Source: Octopus vulgaris
Taxonomy: Eukaryota
DNA length: 64,000 nucleotides
Assembly: GCA_951406725.2 (NCBI GenBank)
Contig: OX597822.1
Location: 3,534,001-3,598,000, forward strand
Reading direction: 5' to 3'
Position numbers and translations under genes: made by a program. The notes below the pieces were generated by a model. That model ran no database searches and had not been told where the DNA came from. It saw nothing but the letters and a program-made list of their open reading frames with translations. Positions 40,561-56,511 of this stretch are shown one piece after another; the first letter of the stretch is position 1, and each line of letters begins with the position of its first letter.

Positions 40561-41114
40561 GCCCTGATGCAGTACCAGGCAGTGGCTCTCATGGCTTCTG
40601 ATCTTAACTGATTCGAAGTGTTATCATGTACATTGTTTTGTCTTGGTATAAAAGATGGGCTACAGCAAATATTCTGCTCAATACCACAGATTTGCTTGTC
40701 AGTTGTTTGACTTTAACCAGTTGAGCATGTCCCTTGGTGGCTGACGATATGTGCATCTCTGATCACGAGCAGAAGTAGTGGGGGAGCATCATAGCCATGT
40801 GTTGAGAGGGATTCTTTGGGGTTTGAATAATTCACCTCTGGAAACATGGGTGGTTCTTTCAACATCCTTAAACAACCCTTATTCAGGGACCTTTTGAGCA
40901 GGATGGGCTACTCAACATGAAGAAAATTCTAACTGGGCCCCACCTGCAAGGTCATGTGCTGTTTATCTTGATATGAGATCACCATGTCGCGCACATATGG
41001 TTGTGATGCATGTGCCTGGTGTACCTTTATCAGACGGGTAGTCATGATGGGTATATTGGGCTTCGTATATTTTACCCCAGTGTCACTTTGATGGCATGCA
41101 CTGCTCTCTCACTC
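40559..41114. mobile_element. Non-coding insertion bounded by (AAT)n on both sides
   Basis: Complex ~555-bp block with sharp junctions to pure AAT repeats; adjacent to R4/Dong fragments. Confidence 0.5.
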
Positions 41115-42041
<927 letters not shown>

Positions 42042-42060
42042 TAATAATAATAATAATAAT

Positions 42061-42330
42061 AAAATGTTTTTTAATCAACGTATCAATACCAACAGATGAC
42101 AATGTTTCTCAAAAAGGAATGGAGAAACTTTCAAAATACAGAGACCTGGAAATAGAAGTAACTCCAATGTGGAGCCTAAAAAAGGAAACAATTCGTAGCA
42201 TAATAGGTGCATTAGGTATGATAAAAAAATATGTAGGCAAATACACAACAAAAACACTTTCAATACCATAAAAATAAGCGCATCACAACAAACCACTGCA
42301 CATACCCAAGGCACACAGAGCTGCGTTTGG
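42061..42330 (+). mobile_element. Second, different R4/Dong-type RLE fragment
   Basis: KCFLINVSIPTDDNVSQKGMEKLSKYRDLEIEVTPMWSLK...IIGALGMIKK, directly after (AAT)n. Confidence 0.85.
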
Positions 42331-42368
42331 TAGTACAGTGAAATCACGTGATAAAAATAAGACTACTG

Positions 42369-42650
42369 AATGATGATGATCATGATGATGATGTCAATGT
42401 TGATGGCGATGATGATGATGATGATGACGATGACGGCGATGATGACGACGATGATGACGACGACGATGATGACGACGACGATGATGACGATGACGATGAC
42501 GATGACGACGACGACAACGATGACGACAACGATAACGACGACAATCACGATGTCGATGACGATGATGATGACGATGATGACGATGACGACGACGACGACA
42601 ACGATGATGACGACGAAGATGATGATGATGATGATGATAATGATGATAAC
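42369..42650. repeat. (GAT/GAC)n trinucleotide array
   Basis: Read directly; source of the poly-Asp pseudo-ORF. Confidence 0.95.
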
Positions 42651-43409
42651 AAGAGCAACAACAAAAACAACAGCCCCTTATTCTTCTTGGACGATCTGAA
42701 GATTTCTGAGTCTAGCAGAGATCAAATTGACTCCTTTGTTCAGATTGTACTAATCTCACAAGACACCCGGAAGTCTCTTGTGCTTTCCTAGAAAAGATGA
42801 GAGGGTGGAAGTTGAACTGCAACAGATTAGAACTATAGTAAGATGTGTATATCACAGAACATGTCCGGTAAGTTCACCGTCGTCAATTCACTGTTTTTGT
42901 TTTTCTTTTAAAATAGTTTTTAACTATTTATGGTGAGATACTATGGATATATTTTCTCGATAAAATTTCCTCACAGAGAACTTTCTTCACAGCGAATTGA
43001 TGGCAATGAACTTAACTGTAAACGTCACAAAAGAAGACGGAATAGGATTAATTACTCCGGTGAATTACAGTTATTCCAGACGATGAACTAAAAGAAGAAT
43101 TTTCACTTTGTTTTGGGAAAATTAATCGTAAAAACAAACATGGTGTTGTCCTCTCTTGTCAGTGACATGGAGGAGAAAATCAGAGGTAGCTCTGTTAGTA
43201 AGTTACTACATTCGTCAGCGTCCTCTGTCCTGAACCCTCAAATGGAAGGGAAGATGACACTTACCAAGTTCAAAGTCTAGTAGACCAAATTACCACTATG
43301 ATGACTAACAGCAGCAGCAGCAACAACAACAGCAAATTAATTTCAGCTACTAAATTGACTCCCCCTCAAATGAAAGAAAGAATACCACAGACATCAACCA
43401 ACAGCAACA

Positions 43410-43597
43410 TCATCCCGACTTCCTACGCAACCGCTGAGAGCCCGGATGCGCATTCATCCATCCGTCGATGCTCTCGGTGTCGGGGGTTGACCTGCTTTCT
43501 CTTCTGCGGGTCTTACGAATAGCAAAGGACCATGTTTCGGACTTCTCTCACTACAGAGGCGCGATCTTGCGAGCTCTGGGAAAAAGACCGCTTCGCT
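43410..43597. mobile_element. Short GC-richer structured insertion with possible 11-bp TSD
   Basis: caacagcaaca at 43399-43409 and 43598-43608; nested inverted repeats inside. Confidence 0.5.
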
Positions 43598-43876
43598 CAA
43601 CAGCAACAGCAACAACAATAAGACCACGAACATGGCAACCACCAACTCCATCACTACCACCGCTGCAACATTAAACATTATTGTAGAAGGCAAATAAGAA
43701 CAACAACAATAGTCTCAGCAACACAAATGATAACAATAATTCAATGTGTAAAACAATAAGAACTTCAACAATAACAACAATTCATTGGCAGCAACAGCTA
43801 CTAAAACCACCGAATTTCGTACTATGATCTGTGCGCTTTCCAAGAAAAAAGAAGAGGAAGGAAAGTGAACAGCAAC

Positions 43877-44240
43877 ACACAGATTACTCCATCTTTCTCT
43901 CGGTTTCATAAATTCTGTAAAGGGTCATAGGTTCAGTCTTCCCTGATAACTAAACAACAGAAATTATCAAGAACAGGTCTCTATGCCTCGGGTATGCGTA
44001 TTGTTATACAGAAATTGAGATTTCACCAAGACCACAGAATGGTCTCGGCCAAATCTCGATTCCTGTAACCTAGGGTTGACCAATACTTGTGAGTGAAATA
44101 GAGTAGACGGAAACTGTATTGAAACCCGGAGGGTGGATAGTACATTTAATTATAGAATTACAACTGTGTTAGACAATGCCACGCTAATTCTGGTTGAGAA
44201 ATCTTTTAAAGGTGAAACATGTCTTTTGAATGTTCGGCCA
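43877..44240. repeat. Inverted copy of 30677-31040
   Basis: Reverse-complement match; abuts (ATT)n. Confidence 0.92.
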
Positions 44241-44244
44241 TTAG

Positions 44245-44324
44245 TATTATTATTATATTATATTATTATTATTATTATTATTATTATCATTATTATTATT
44301 ATTATATTATTATTATTATTATTA

Positions 44325-44374
<50 letters not shown>

Positions 44375-44436
44375 ATTATTATTAATATTATTATTATTAT
44401 TATATTATTATTATTATTATCATTATTATTATTATT

Positions 44437-44467
<31 letters not shown>

Positions 44468-44489
44468 TATTATTATTATTATCATTATA

Positions 44490-44534
<45 letters not shown>

Positions 44535-44573
44535 ATTATTATTATTATCATCATCATCATCATCATCATCATT
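44245..44573. repeat. (ATT)n/(CAT)n microsatellite
   Basis: Read directly from the sequence. Confidence 0.95.
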
Positions 44574-45761
44574 ACAACTAAGTTTGGGACAAGGCCAGCA
44601 ATGTTGTAGTGTTGGGTTTGTCGAGAAGAGCGACCCGCAGTTTCTTAATATATCTCGAAATAAAGATGCGAAAGTTTGACCCTGTGGAATTTGAAAAAGC
44701 AGAAAAAAATACCACAAGCCATTGGGTTCGTCACTCCAACGATTCTGTCAATCCTAACACAGGATTAAATTTTCCCCAAACTTCATTTCACGAATAATAG
44801 CGACAAACTACGGAAAGAAGCCTTGAAATCGTTGTTCGACCTACAAGAAAATACCTACCAAAATATTCTCCAATTGCATCTTATCGAAGCATGCATATTA
44901 TGCAATATCATGGTAGATACAATACTGTTATTGTGATCATTTTTTATCATAGGTTAGCTCGATCACGACTTGCTTAGGGTATTATAATATATACGTGTTA
45001 AAGGCGAAAGCACCGAAACTTTAATTATGGAGAGAGATAAAAAAATGATAAATGGAAAACAAATAAAATTCCAAACTACGAGCGATCATTAAACATGACA
45101 AAAACAAAAGCAGCATAAGAGAGGGGGGGATATTAGGAAACGACAAATTATAAATGAAAAAAACACAGGCAAAAAGAGAGAGGGAGAGAGAGAGAATCCA
45201 CAAAGACAGGGGGGAAGAGAACACAAGCAAAGAAAGAGAGAGAGAGTGAGAGAGAGACTGAGTTTGTTAAATTCAATGAGAAAAAGAGAAATATGGATAC
45301 GTGAATTCGGTGAGTGGAAAACAGAATTTAATACTCTCGTTTTAATCAGCAGGAAAAAATGTCCAAAAGGCGGGAACGAAAAGGGAACCAGGCAAATGGA
45401 AACCGATTTTTCACGATGTTTACACACACACACAAACATACATGCACACACGCACTCATATAAACATGCAAACTCGTATACACACACACATATATAAACA
45501 TATACATCTACATGCAAGCTCACACAAAAATATCTAGATAAGTTAGAAAAGCTAGGGAGACAAATAGACCGACCGACACACAGACAGACAGACAGGTAGA
45601 TACACAAAGTGGCTCATAGCAATAAAAAAATGGGAGGAAAAGGAATTATATATCATCTTATTCAAAGCAGAAGTATCTACTACGTTAGTTGTGGATATCT
45701 CACTTCCTATCTAATGCATACACATTCATTTTGCTTTTGTTTATAAATACGTGTGCGTGTA

Positions 45762-45794
<33 letters not shown>

Positions 45795-45833
45795 GCTTTC
45801 ATGAGTGTGTGTGAGAGTATATATATATATATA

Positions 45834-46141
45834 TCACCGTGATCACCATGACCGACCAGGCTATCAGATGTTGCTACACATCGCTGATGACAATGTACTT
45901 CGCATTGTTTTTAGCCTTCAAATGACGCCACCCCGCTGGGTAAGCGAGCAGGCCAACAGAAGAAAGAATTAGAGAAAGTTGTAGCGAAAGAGTACAGCAG
46001 GGACCGCTACCACCCCCTGCCGGAGCCTAGTGGAGCTTTAGGTGTTTTCGCTCAATAAATACTCACAACACCCGGTATGGGAAACGAAACCGCGATCCTA
46101 CGACCGCGAGTCCGCTGCCCTAACCACTGGGCCATTGCGCC

Positions 46142-46143
<2 letters not shown>
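45834..46143 (-). mobile_element. SINE family B, tail type 1
   Basis: Reverse complement of 11008-11306; (TA)n on both flanks. Confidence 0.9.
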
Positions 46144-46175
<32 letters not shown>

Positions 46176-48373
46176 TTGAAGAATGAAAAGTATCATTGGG
46201 AATAGTGGATCTCGAAGCACATAAAGCTATAAATAATAGCACGTAAATACTGGATTGAACATCTCCCATACATATATCCGTGTGTGTGTGTGAATGTGTA
46301 CAAAGATGCACACACACACACACACACACTCACATATAAATATATATATATATCTTATATAGCACAATCAGGGCACACAGTCATGATTTTCTCACTTTAA
46401 ATTGTTGTAACTTCTGAAGGAATCTACCAACTGATTTCAAAGTCCACATGTAGCATGCTCGGACATCATTAATCAAATATTTAAACACAAAGGACGATAT
46501 TATTATAGCTGCTGTTAATTACTTAAGAGTAATTGTTAGAGAGTTCCCCAGAACCTCTAGCAATTAATCTTTAATTCACTAGAATAAGCGTTTTTTGCGA
46601 CTTAAGTAAAATCACGTTTTGAGGTTTGAATTTGTAGACTACCCCTGGCACACCTGTTGTGCAATAAAAACACAGTGGTTCTCTCTATTCCAGAAAGTTA
46701 TGAGGTCAGACGTCACGTTTATGACAGGAGAGTAATGCTGGCTCATTTAGGCGACTTTGTGATCTTTCAACTCATGATGTATGGCCATACATGGGGAAAC
46801 AGTGTTTTCTCTGCTTTTTCTGAAAGTGCTGAACACACACTGCAGTGTGGTAAGCTGTTTGCCAATATATGTCCAGCTGTTTTGAGTTTTCAATCATCTT
46901 CAAATGCTGAGGGAAAACGCATTTCCGGTGACACACATCATTATTTGACAAGGTAAAACATTTGTTTCTCTCATTCAATATCGTTTTCAAGGCATGAATT
47001 GAATATATGTAGTGATCCATTGTGGGAAAATTCTAGCAGGTTTCAGCAACGAGAACTTAAATTACTAAATGTTTAGTTATTGCTGAGGATGAAAAAGACG
47101 GACCTAATGTCCGCTTTCCGCTGCATCAAGATCATATGATGGTTTTCTGATGAGGGTGAACGTTTGAATAAGTAATTTTAGCATTATTCATTGCATTTTG
47201 AATTATGTGAGCCCAAATATTATTTCAAATGTATCCATTTGAAATTGAATTATATGTACTAAATATACGTATTGACTATACATTCTTAAATTCCTTTTAC
47301 AACGCAGATTCCTACACAACACTTTTGCAATATGGATGGTGCTGAAAGACATATTACAAGAAATTGAATATGGACAAAAGAGCAGCTCAAAACAATATAA
47401 ATTATCAAAAGAAGAAAGATGAAATATTACAAAAGCAAAGAACAAGATACGCATAGAACAGGGATGCAGAGAAAAAAGATGTCATGGAAAGGAGGGGTAG
47501 ACTAACAAGAGAAGACATCAGGAACGAAGCAAAGAAAGCCGAGAAAAGAAGCAAAATGTTCGATATGGAGTTAAATGCAAAGAACAACAGGCTTCTCAAT
47601 AGCAGAAGATGATGATGAACAGACAGAGATTGGTTAGGCATCGAGCAAAGGAAACATGTCAGTAAAAAGATGGCCAAGTTATGAACTTATTACCATCATA
47701 AAGAATGGCAATTACAAGTAATGTAAGTGAAGTGCAAGCATGCTTACCGAAATCAACTCCTGAATGGAACCAAAGTTGTTTATACTAAGCGCACAGATAT
47801 GAATACTTAAGGCCAAACTGTTAACAAATTTTTAATGAAAAATACAATATCTTCCAACATGTCAGCCCTAATTTCATAAAGCTTCTTAATAATGACCAGC
47901 GTATATATGTTATTAAGTCCCGAAAGCTTCAACTCTTAACTCTTTTGTAAAAGCAAAGTATTACAAAAATATATGAAAGTGGTTTAATACCGATTCAAAG
48001 TAATGTCTTCGAAATTGAGGGTCTATTTTGATTAGATAAAATATGAGATTAATTCCTGTTTCATATGTTACGGTTATGTACAAATGATGAATGTGTGGAG
48101 TATATATCGGGAGTATTTACAAGCAATTTAAGAAGAAAAAAAACAATTTCTATTCTTTTATAATTTCTTCAATATATGAGAAATTTTTATGTCATTTGAA
48201 AGCCCTAATTAAATTGCTAATTTATGCGCATTTTGAACAAGAATTAAGAATTTTTTTTACATAAAATGAAAATGTGGATACTCAACTACAACACAAACAC
48301 CAAAAATAGCATTTTCAACAAGTTTTTTTCATTTTGCGCCTGTTACGCATTTGGGTACCCTGATTGTGCTATT

Positions 48374-48443
<70 letters not shown>

Positions 48444-48923
48444 ATCTATCTATCTATCTAACTATACATGTATATATATATGCATATATATATATATGTA
48501 TGTATGTATTTATGTATGTATGTATGTATTTATGTATGTATGTACGTACGTATGTATGTACGTACGTATGTATGTACGTACGCACGTATGTCTGTATGTA
48601 TGTATATAAACTAAATTGCTTTCATTGAGGAAGGTCTACATAATGGCTGCATTTACTATTATATATTATGAAAGCCTGAAACGTGAGTATTAACCTTTAA
48701 CACACTGTAGGTGCATCATATCCCCATATGAGTTTTATTCCCTATGGTAACAGGGCAGTGGCAGGGGAAACAATTCTAGACAAAATGCCGTGAGCTAAAA
48801 GTTAAATGATTTCAAACTATTACTATTTTATTTGAATTCATTACCACAACTATCCCATCTAGATACCAGAGGTGTGTATGTGTGTGTGATGTGAGTATTT
48901 GCATGTCTGTGAGTATGTGTATG

Positions 48924-48980
<57 letters not shown>

Positions 48981-49624
48981 AAAAATGGAAAAAGAACGTA
49001 ACAGACGGCAATAAAACATCCGGACAAATAGACGAGACAAAGATGGACGAAAAAAGTACAGAAAGACGGACATGAAAAAACAAAGATGGGTCATTCGCAG
49101 TATTCTATCATCAGTCAAGTTTCCAAATCTTCTTTACAGTTTCAGTCGTTGAAATCTGGCTGACCCGAAAAATCTAAGTTTAGAGCATTAAATATTGGGA
49201 AGAATGCGAGTGAATGCATACGGAAAGAAACGGAGGTGTTACACAATTACAAATACAAGCAGCATGAAAATGAGAAAAGGTTTCTTTCAACTAATAAAGA
49301 CGAATCAAGTCTGGTTAGCATGTGCAGAGCTAGCAAGTTTATCTCCTATGTTTCTCCCTCAAGGGAGATGAACGTCAGAGATGAAAGTCATGAGATAGGA
49401 ATATAAGAGATGCCTCGCAGTCGGCAGTCGAGCCAATAAACAAGGATCATGCTTCACCGAACACTAGTCACGTGGAAAGAAAGGAGAGAGGTAGGGGGCA
49501 GAGGGATTGAAATATATGTATGTGCATATACAGAAAAAAATAAAAAACATTAACTCTCATGAGAGATATTAATGTTAGTGGCTGCAAGCTAAAACCGTAT
49601 AGGCAAATGAATATTTATATATAC

Positions 49625-49657
<33 letters not shown>

Positions 49658-50159
49658 CGTGTGTGTGTGTAAAGAATCATATATAATAAGGGCGCTTTTC
49701 TTAAAAATGAAGTCTAAACACTCCGAAGCCTGACAAGTTAACACTATATTTTCACAAGTATGGCTTGAAAAAAGTTAATTAAAATAAGGATTGCGTCTTA
49801 CCTCTGAAAATTGCAGAAAGGAATGCCAGTTAACTTGATATCTTCATTTGGAATTTAGCGCCAAAAATCACGCTTTATTCTCCTTAGTCATGTCTACTAG
49901 TAACAAACTCTTATATATCACTTCAACCAATTCCTGTGTCCGTGTCAACGCCCATGACGCATTGAGAAGAACGATTTTAGTGAACATTAACCGTCATGAG
50001 AGTCATTATCGTTACTGGCTGCAAGCTAATAACTTATAGGCAAAATTGATATATATATATATATAACACAGCCTTTCTTTTTTTAAATCGCACTAGATTT
50101 CCTAAAAAAAAAGGGGTCAAGGCACTAAAAAAGAAGAATAGATGTCAAAAGAAATATAT

Positions 50160-50950
<791 letters not shown>

Positions 50951-50954
50951 AATA

Positions 50955-51290
50955 ATTATTTGAGGGAATATTAATCCAAACTTATAGGGAAAAAAATTCA
51001 ATTTAGAAATACTAAATCAAATTTCACACAATATAATATATATATATGTAAATTAGAAAGAAACACCTGTTATCAATTCAAAATGAACAATTAAATAACA
51101 CCATCTAGAAAATTACGTATAATAGAAATATTAAAATTAAAATAACAATAAAATATCAGTGATTAAGTAAATTGCAAAAAAATATTAATGACGTATATGA
51201 TTGGTAGAATAACAATTCTGTTATCTGTAATTTTCTAGATGGTGTAATTTTATTTTGAATTGATAAAAGGTGTTTCTTTTCTACTTTTTA
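50955..51290. repeat. Tail plus imperfect inverted repeat, related to 16689-17000
   Basis: agggaatattaatccaaacttataggga resembles the reverse complement of tccctgtaagtttggatttattccct; arms ~51054-51116 and ~51227-51283. Confidence 0.7.
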
Positions 51291-51296
51291 TATATT

Positions 51297-51407
<111 letters not shown>

Positions 51408-51999
51408 TTATATAAGTATATGTATATGTATATGTATGTATATACACACATACACACATACACACACACACACACACACAAATATATATATATTCAGTTC
51501 TACCTTTCACCATAGACAGCTTTGTATGTTTTAATACATAAACTATAGTGGTCAAAAGTATTCACATCGACAAATTTCATCTGATTTGAACTGATTATAT
51601 TAAAATAAAAAGAAACAAGTGTATAGTGTATATATGAAAAAAAAAACGCAAATAGAAAACTAAAACAAACTAAAATCAAACTGAAAATCTCCCTAGACTA
51701 AAGATTCAGAGACTGTTATCATACCATATTTAGTATCTAATTAGTATCTATTTTTAATAAACAGAAGGAAAGAGAAATGTTTCCATTAGACGGTAAATAT
51801 TTCCACTGACAATAGCAAAATTAACGTTTCACTTGAAACTTTTAGCGTTTATATTAATTTTAAAAACTACGAGCCACTACACTTCATTACTGCTTACGCA
51901 ATGTGTTATGTCATTTTCGAAATTAGTTACTACACAAGAATGAGACACAGAGGCACATGCAGAGGCACACACACATCTAATCTATGAACTATATATAGA

Positions 52000-52167
52000 T
52001 AATCAAAATAAGCAACAAGGATAACCAAGGTATCTATACTACCTTGGATATCCTTGTTGCTTATTTTGATTACAATCACCCCATTTGATTTATATGGATA
52101 ATATCATGCGAAATTCTGGTGCCTTTAACTTAAGTTCCATATTCATCTGAATCTAAATTTCGCTGCA

Positions 52168-52170
<3 letters not shown>
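52000..52170. repeat. 73-bp palindrome plus ~98-bp tail ending in (TA)n
   Basis: taatcaaaataagcaacaaggataaccaaggta / taccttggatatccttgttgcttattttgatta (1 mismatch). Confidence 0.85.
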
Positions 52171-52242
<72 letters not shown>

Positions 52243-52888
52243 GTGTTTTTATTGGCTAAACTGGCAAAATGACCATTCCGAAATACAACAATATCTACTT
52301 CAACACACGATTTCACATAAAAATCTTGCACAACAAATATATATATATATATACATATATATACATATACGCACATACATAAACACATATATATATAAAT
52401 ACATATATACAATATATATATAATATATATGTATAAATGGATTTTTTCCAAAATTCTGACGATTATTTTTCCTGAATATTCAGTTTTGTACATCACACAT
52501 AACACTCTATACGTATCTCCTTGGATGTACCCAGACGCCAGAATGAACGGAACACAATCAAACTCGCAGCCGAGAAGCACCCTAAAATACAGAACTTCTC
52601 ACAGAAACATCTAATAAGTTTAAATTTACTTTTTTCAAGACTGGATGCAATCTTCATGAATACAAATAGAACCGCGTATGACACCCATAGAATAGGTGCT
52701 CCAACAATAGAGACAAACAACAAGAAAGTAGTATGAACAAACTCACTTGAAACCAAATCTCTGGAAGAAACTCCTGAATCAAAGGATAATAATGAAGAAA
52801 TAAAAGGGTTTTTTCCCAAAATTCTGACTTTTTTTTTCTCAACATACAATTCTGTACATCACACTTAACACTCTACACATATACATAT

Positions 52889-53318
52889 GTTGTTGGCATC
52901 CTTTTGTGTCGGGAGACAATGGAGTTGCGCATAAACTAATCCAGTCTGATTTTTACATTTCATGTCCTCTCCAATTTCCTCTCCAGTTTTGCGCAGACCT
53001 GGGCTAGACGTAAGAAAATCCTGGGTAGCCCAATCGTCAGGATTCCTGTCTCGACCTTGCTGATGTAGTCCAAAAGAGTGCAGAGCATTACGTTTGGCAC
53101 CAGCTTGGTTGTAGGAGCTGCCAGAAGAGTGTCGAGTCGAACACTAAACAGCCTACGGGGCTCCACTCTGGATTTCTTTGAAGGTTGTCTCCTTTCTGTA
53201 ACCCTGGATAGGGGCCCATACCGGGTACTGTCAGGTGTCAGCCGGAGCCAGCTGAGCCCGGAATTCGTGTCAGGCAGGCTCGTCACTCCCTAAAGTAGTG
53301 AAGAAAATCGCTACCCAC
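52889..53318 (-). mobile_element. Non-autonomous bipartite RTE-derived element (5'UTR-like part fused to RTE 3' end)
   Basis: Reverse strand gggagtgacg...ggcagctcc..ccaagctggtgccaaacgta...ttggactacatcagc and terminal gcgcaactccattgtctcccgac...ggatgccaacaac, recalled as RTE-type termini; no ORF. Confidence 0.6.
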
Positions 53319-53378
53319 TACATAAATATATATATACACATATATATATCTATTTGTATATATATATATTTATTTATT

Positions 53379-53410
<32 letters not shown>

Positions 53411-54113
53411 CATATTTGTGTGCGTATGTATGCATATACGTACTTAGGAAGGCTACAACTAGACACACAGTTAGAAATTAGTAACGTTAAATATTTTATA
53501 CAAATGTCAATTAAATCGTTTCAGTTACCATGAATGTCAAACTTCAGCTACTTAACACTTTTTATATCATCATCTAAAATTCCGTTAAGCTGGAGCGAAT
53601 AAAAACTGATATAATTCATGTTTAAAATATCTTACGTCTATATTTCTCAATTCACATATTTCAATACTTGAATACTTTCTAAAAGAACACGACCATATTT
53701 AAAATTGTAATTTGTATACATTTACAACAGAGATAAAGGAAAGAAAATGGATGCTTTTGTAGAAATGTATTCTATTCATACGATGGTATCAGTACTAAAC
53801 TGTCTCCAAATTTTACGTTTTATTTAAATAGACTAACGGTTAAATAGATTTCATGGTTATGAAAAGCAAATCATACATTACAATTTAGCTATTATTATCG
53901 GAACGTATTTTCGAAGATAGAAAAGAAGAGATGTAATAGGATAAATGTGTGTTTCCGGAAAAACACGATAAAATTTACCTGTTAAATTATTTGCATGAAT
54001 ATATGTGAATAACGCGCTCGAAGATATTGCTAAAACATAATTCCATATGACCAGGGTCTTAAATATAATTAGGAAATGATGTATAATATGGATATATATG
54101 TGTGTATGTATAG

Positions 54114-54168
<55 letters not shown>

Positions 54169-54171
54169 CAC

Positions 54172-54358
54172 TAGTCGCTATGATAGATCGTTAGCCACTA
54201 CACACATTTTTTTCTCTCCTTGTTCATTCTGTGTCCCTTTCTGTAGAAGAGCGTAGGCTCGAAACGTAAAATACTTTTTCCATTCGTGAGCGTTATACTA
54301 ATATATCTGTTTGTTTCGTACACCACCTGTCTTTGTCTTTTGTTTTTTCGTAAACCCT

Positions 54359-54361
<3 letters not shown>
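54172..54361 (+). mobile_element. PLE pLTR-like fragment with hammerhead-like core (54237-54272)
   Basis: cttt-ctgtaga-a-gagc-gtag-gctc-gaaacgta-aaat; ends at (TA)n; its terminal 65 bp recur inverted at 55069-55135. Confidence 0.6.
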
Positions 54362-54435
<74 letters not shown>

Positions 54436-54905
54436 AATTATATTGTCAATATAATGCTTTCTCCACAAGAATATGAACAGTTTTGCCTCTGTAGGAATGC
54501 ACTACTCTGTGACTCACGTGGGTGGACAGGGAGAATAATAGATCTCATTTGTATTTTTGGATTCGCTAGTACTGGTGGTCTGGCATGGTTTGTCCGGTGT
54601 TACATATATCGGACGGATATGTTTGATTCTTAGTACTTTCAAATCTAAATCAGAAGAAATCTCTGAGCTGATGAAGGGAATGTTGGCGTTTAATCCACTA
54701 ATCCAGAAACAGGCTGTCCTCGGGTATCTTATATGGATGTGATCTTTCGTTGTTTTTCCCTTATACCTATGTGAGTTATTTCTGAGTATGCATTGTCTGG
54801 GAGACTTTTTCTTGCAGTTGAAGAAATAGCCAAATATTTGGCTGCTATTTCTAAAAAGCTCGGTGCGTGGTAAAGTAAATTATTTTACTTTACCCTATTT
54901 TTATA

Positions 54906-55135
<230 letters not shown>

Positions 55136-55484
55136 ATATATATATATTTATATACTAATATATATAGATATATATATATATATATATATACATAAATACA
55201 TACGTATATATATATATATATGTATGTATGTATGTATACATATGAACATGTACATACATATATGTATGTGTGTTTGTACTTAAGTTATGAAGATTTTGCA
55301 ATCTTTATGTTCAATTTAACGTAGATATACTTTGAAGTGCACAAAATACTTCAGTTTTTGTCTTGCGGAAATATCTCGTGGAGATATATCGTGCTAAAAA
55401 GTACAAAAATATCATAGAAAAGATGTCAAACATTGGTTGCAGAGCTGCTAGAACACGTGATTTTTGCCCGTGTATGTATATATA

Positions 55485-55894
<410 letters not shown>

Positions 55895-56015
55895 GCATAT
55901 ATACATGCATATGCAAGTGTAAGTCGTTTTTTATTAGCTGCTTAACTACTTTGTAAATTTTCACAAGGAAAGTAGGAAAATTACGCCAATGTTTTTCTTT
56001 TTTTTTTTTAACTAA

Positions 56016-56473
56016 CACTGGAGAACGTTTTCGAAAAAAGGTTTAGATAACTTGCTTTTTAGAAATAATCCTACTTAATTTGATGATGCTGGGTTCAGAA
56101 ATACCCCCAGAAATTTTCTATTATGTCAACTTTTTCGTTAAACTAGAATTCATTTTTGACCAAAAAATATCAATTTTGTCATTAAATTTAATACTAAAAT
56201 AAGAAACGAACACAAATCAAACAATACCTTTTATCGTTTTCCTTTACTTTTATCTTTTACATTTTCAGTCATTTGAGTGTGGCCATGCTGGATCACCGCC
56301 TTTAGTCGAGCAAATCTACCCTAGGACTTCTCTGTAAGCACAGTACTTATTATATCGTCTCTTTTGCCGAACAGCTAAGTTACGGGGACGTAAGCACACC
56401 AGCATCGGTTGTGAAGCGATGTCGGGGCGACAAACATACAGACATACACCATACACGCACGCACACACACACG

Positions 56474-56511
<38 letters not shown>

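Noticed and set aside
42348-42791. 147-aa poly-Asp ORF resembling an acidic biomineralisation protein
   Set aside because: A (GAY)n microsatellite open in several frames; no signal peptide or splice context
46770-47050. Possible THAP-domain relic on the minus strand
   Set aside because: Only a vague Cys/His resemblance; too degraded to support a call
47405-47640. Purine-rich stretch encoding a charged, coiled-coil-like peptide
   Set aside because: Interrupted by stop codons, no recognisable family and no clear splice sites
53205-53262. Possible HDV-like ribozyme in the RTE-derived 5' region (7-bp gggctca/tgggccc pairing on the minus strand)
   Set aside because: Could not place P3/L3, P1.1 or the catalytic J4/2; a structure-descriptor search would be needed
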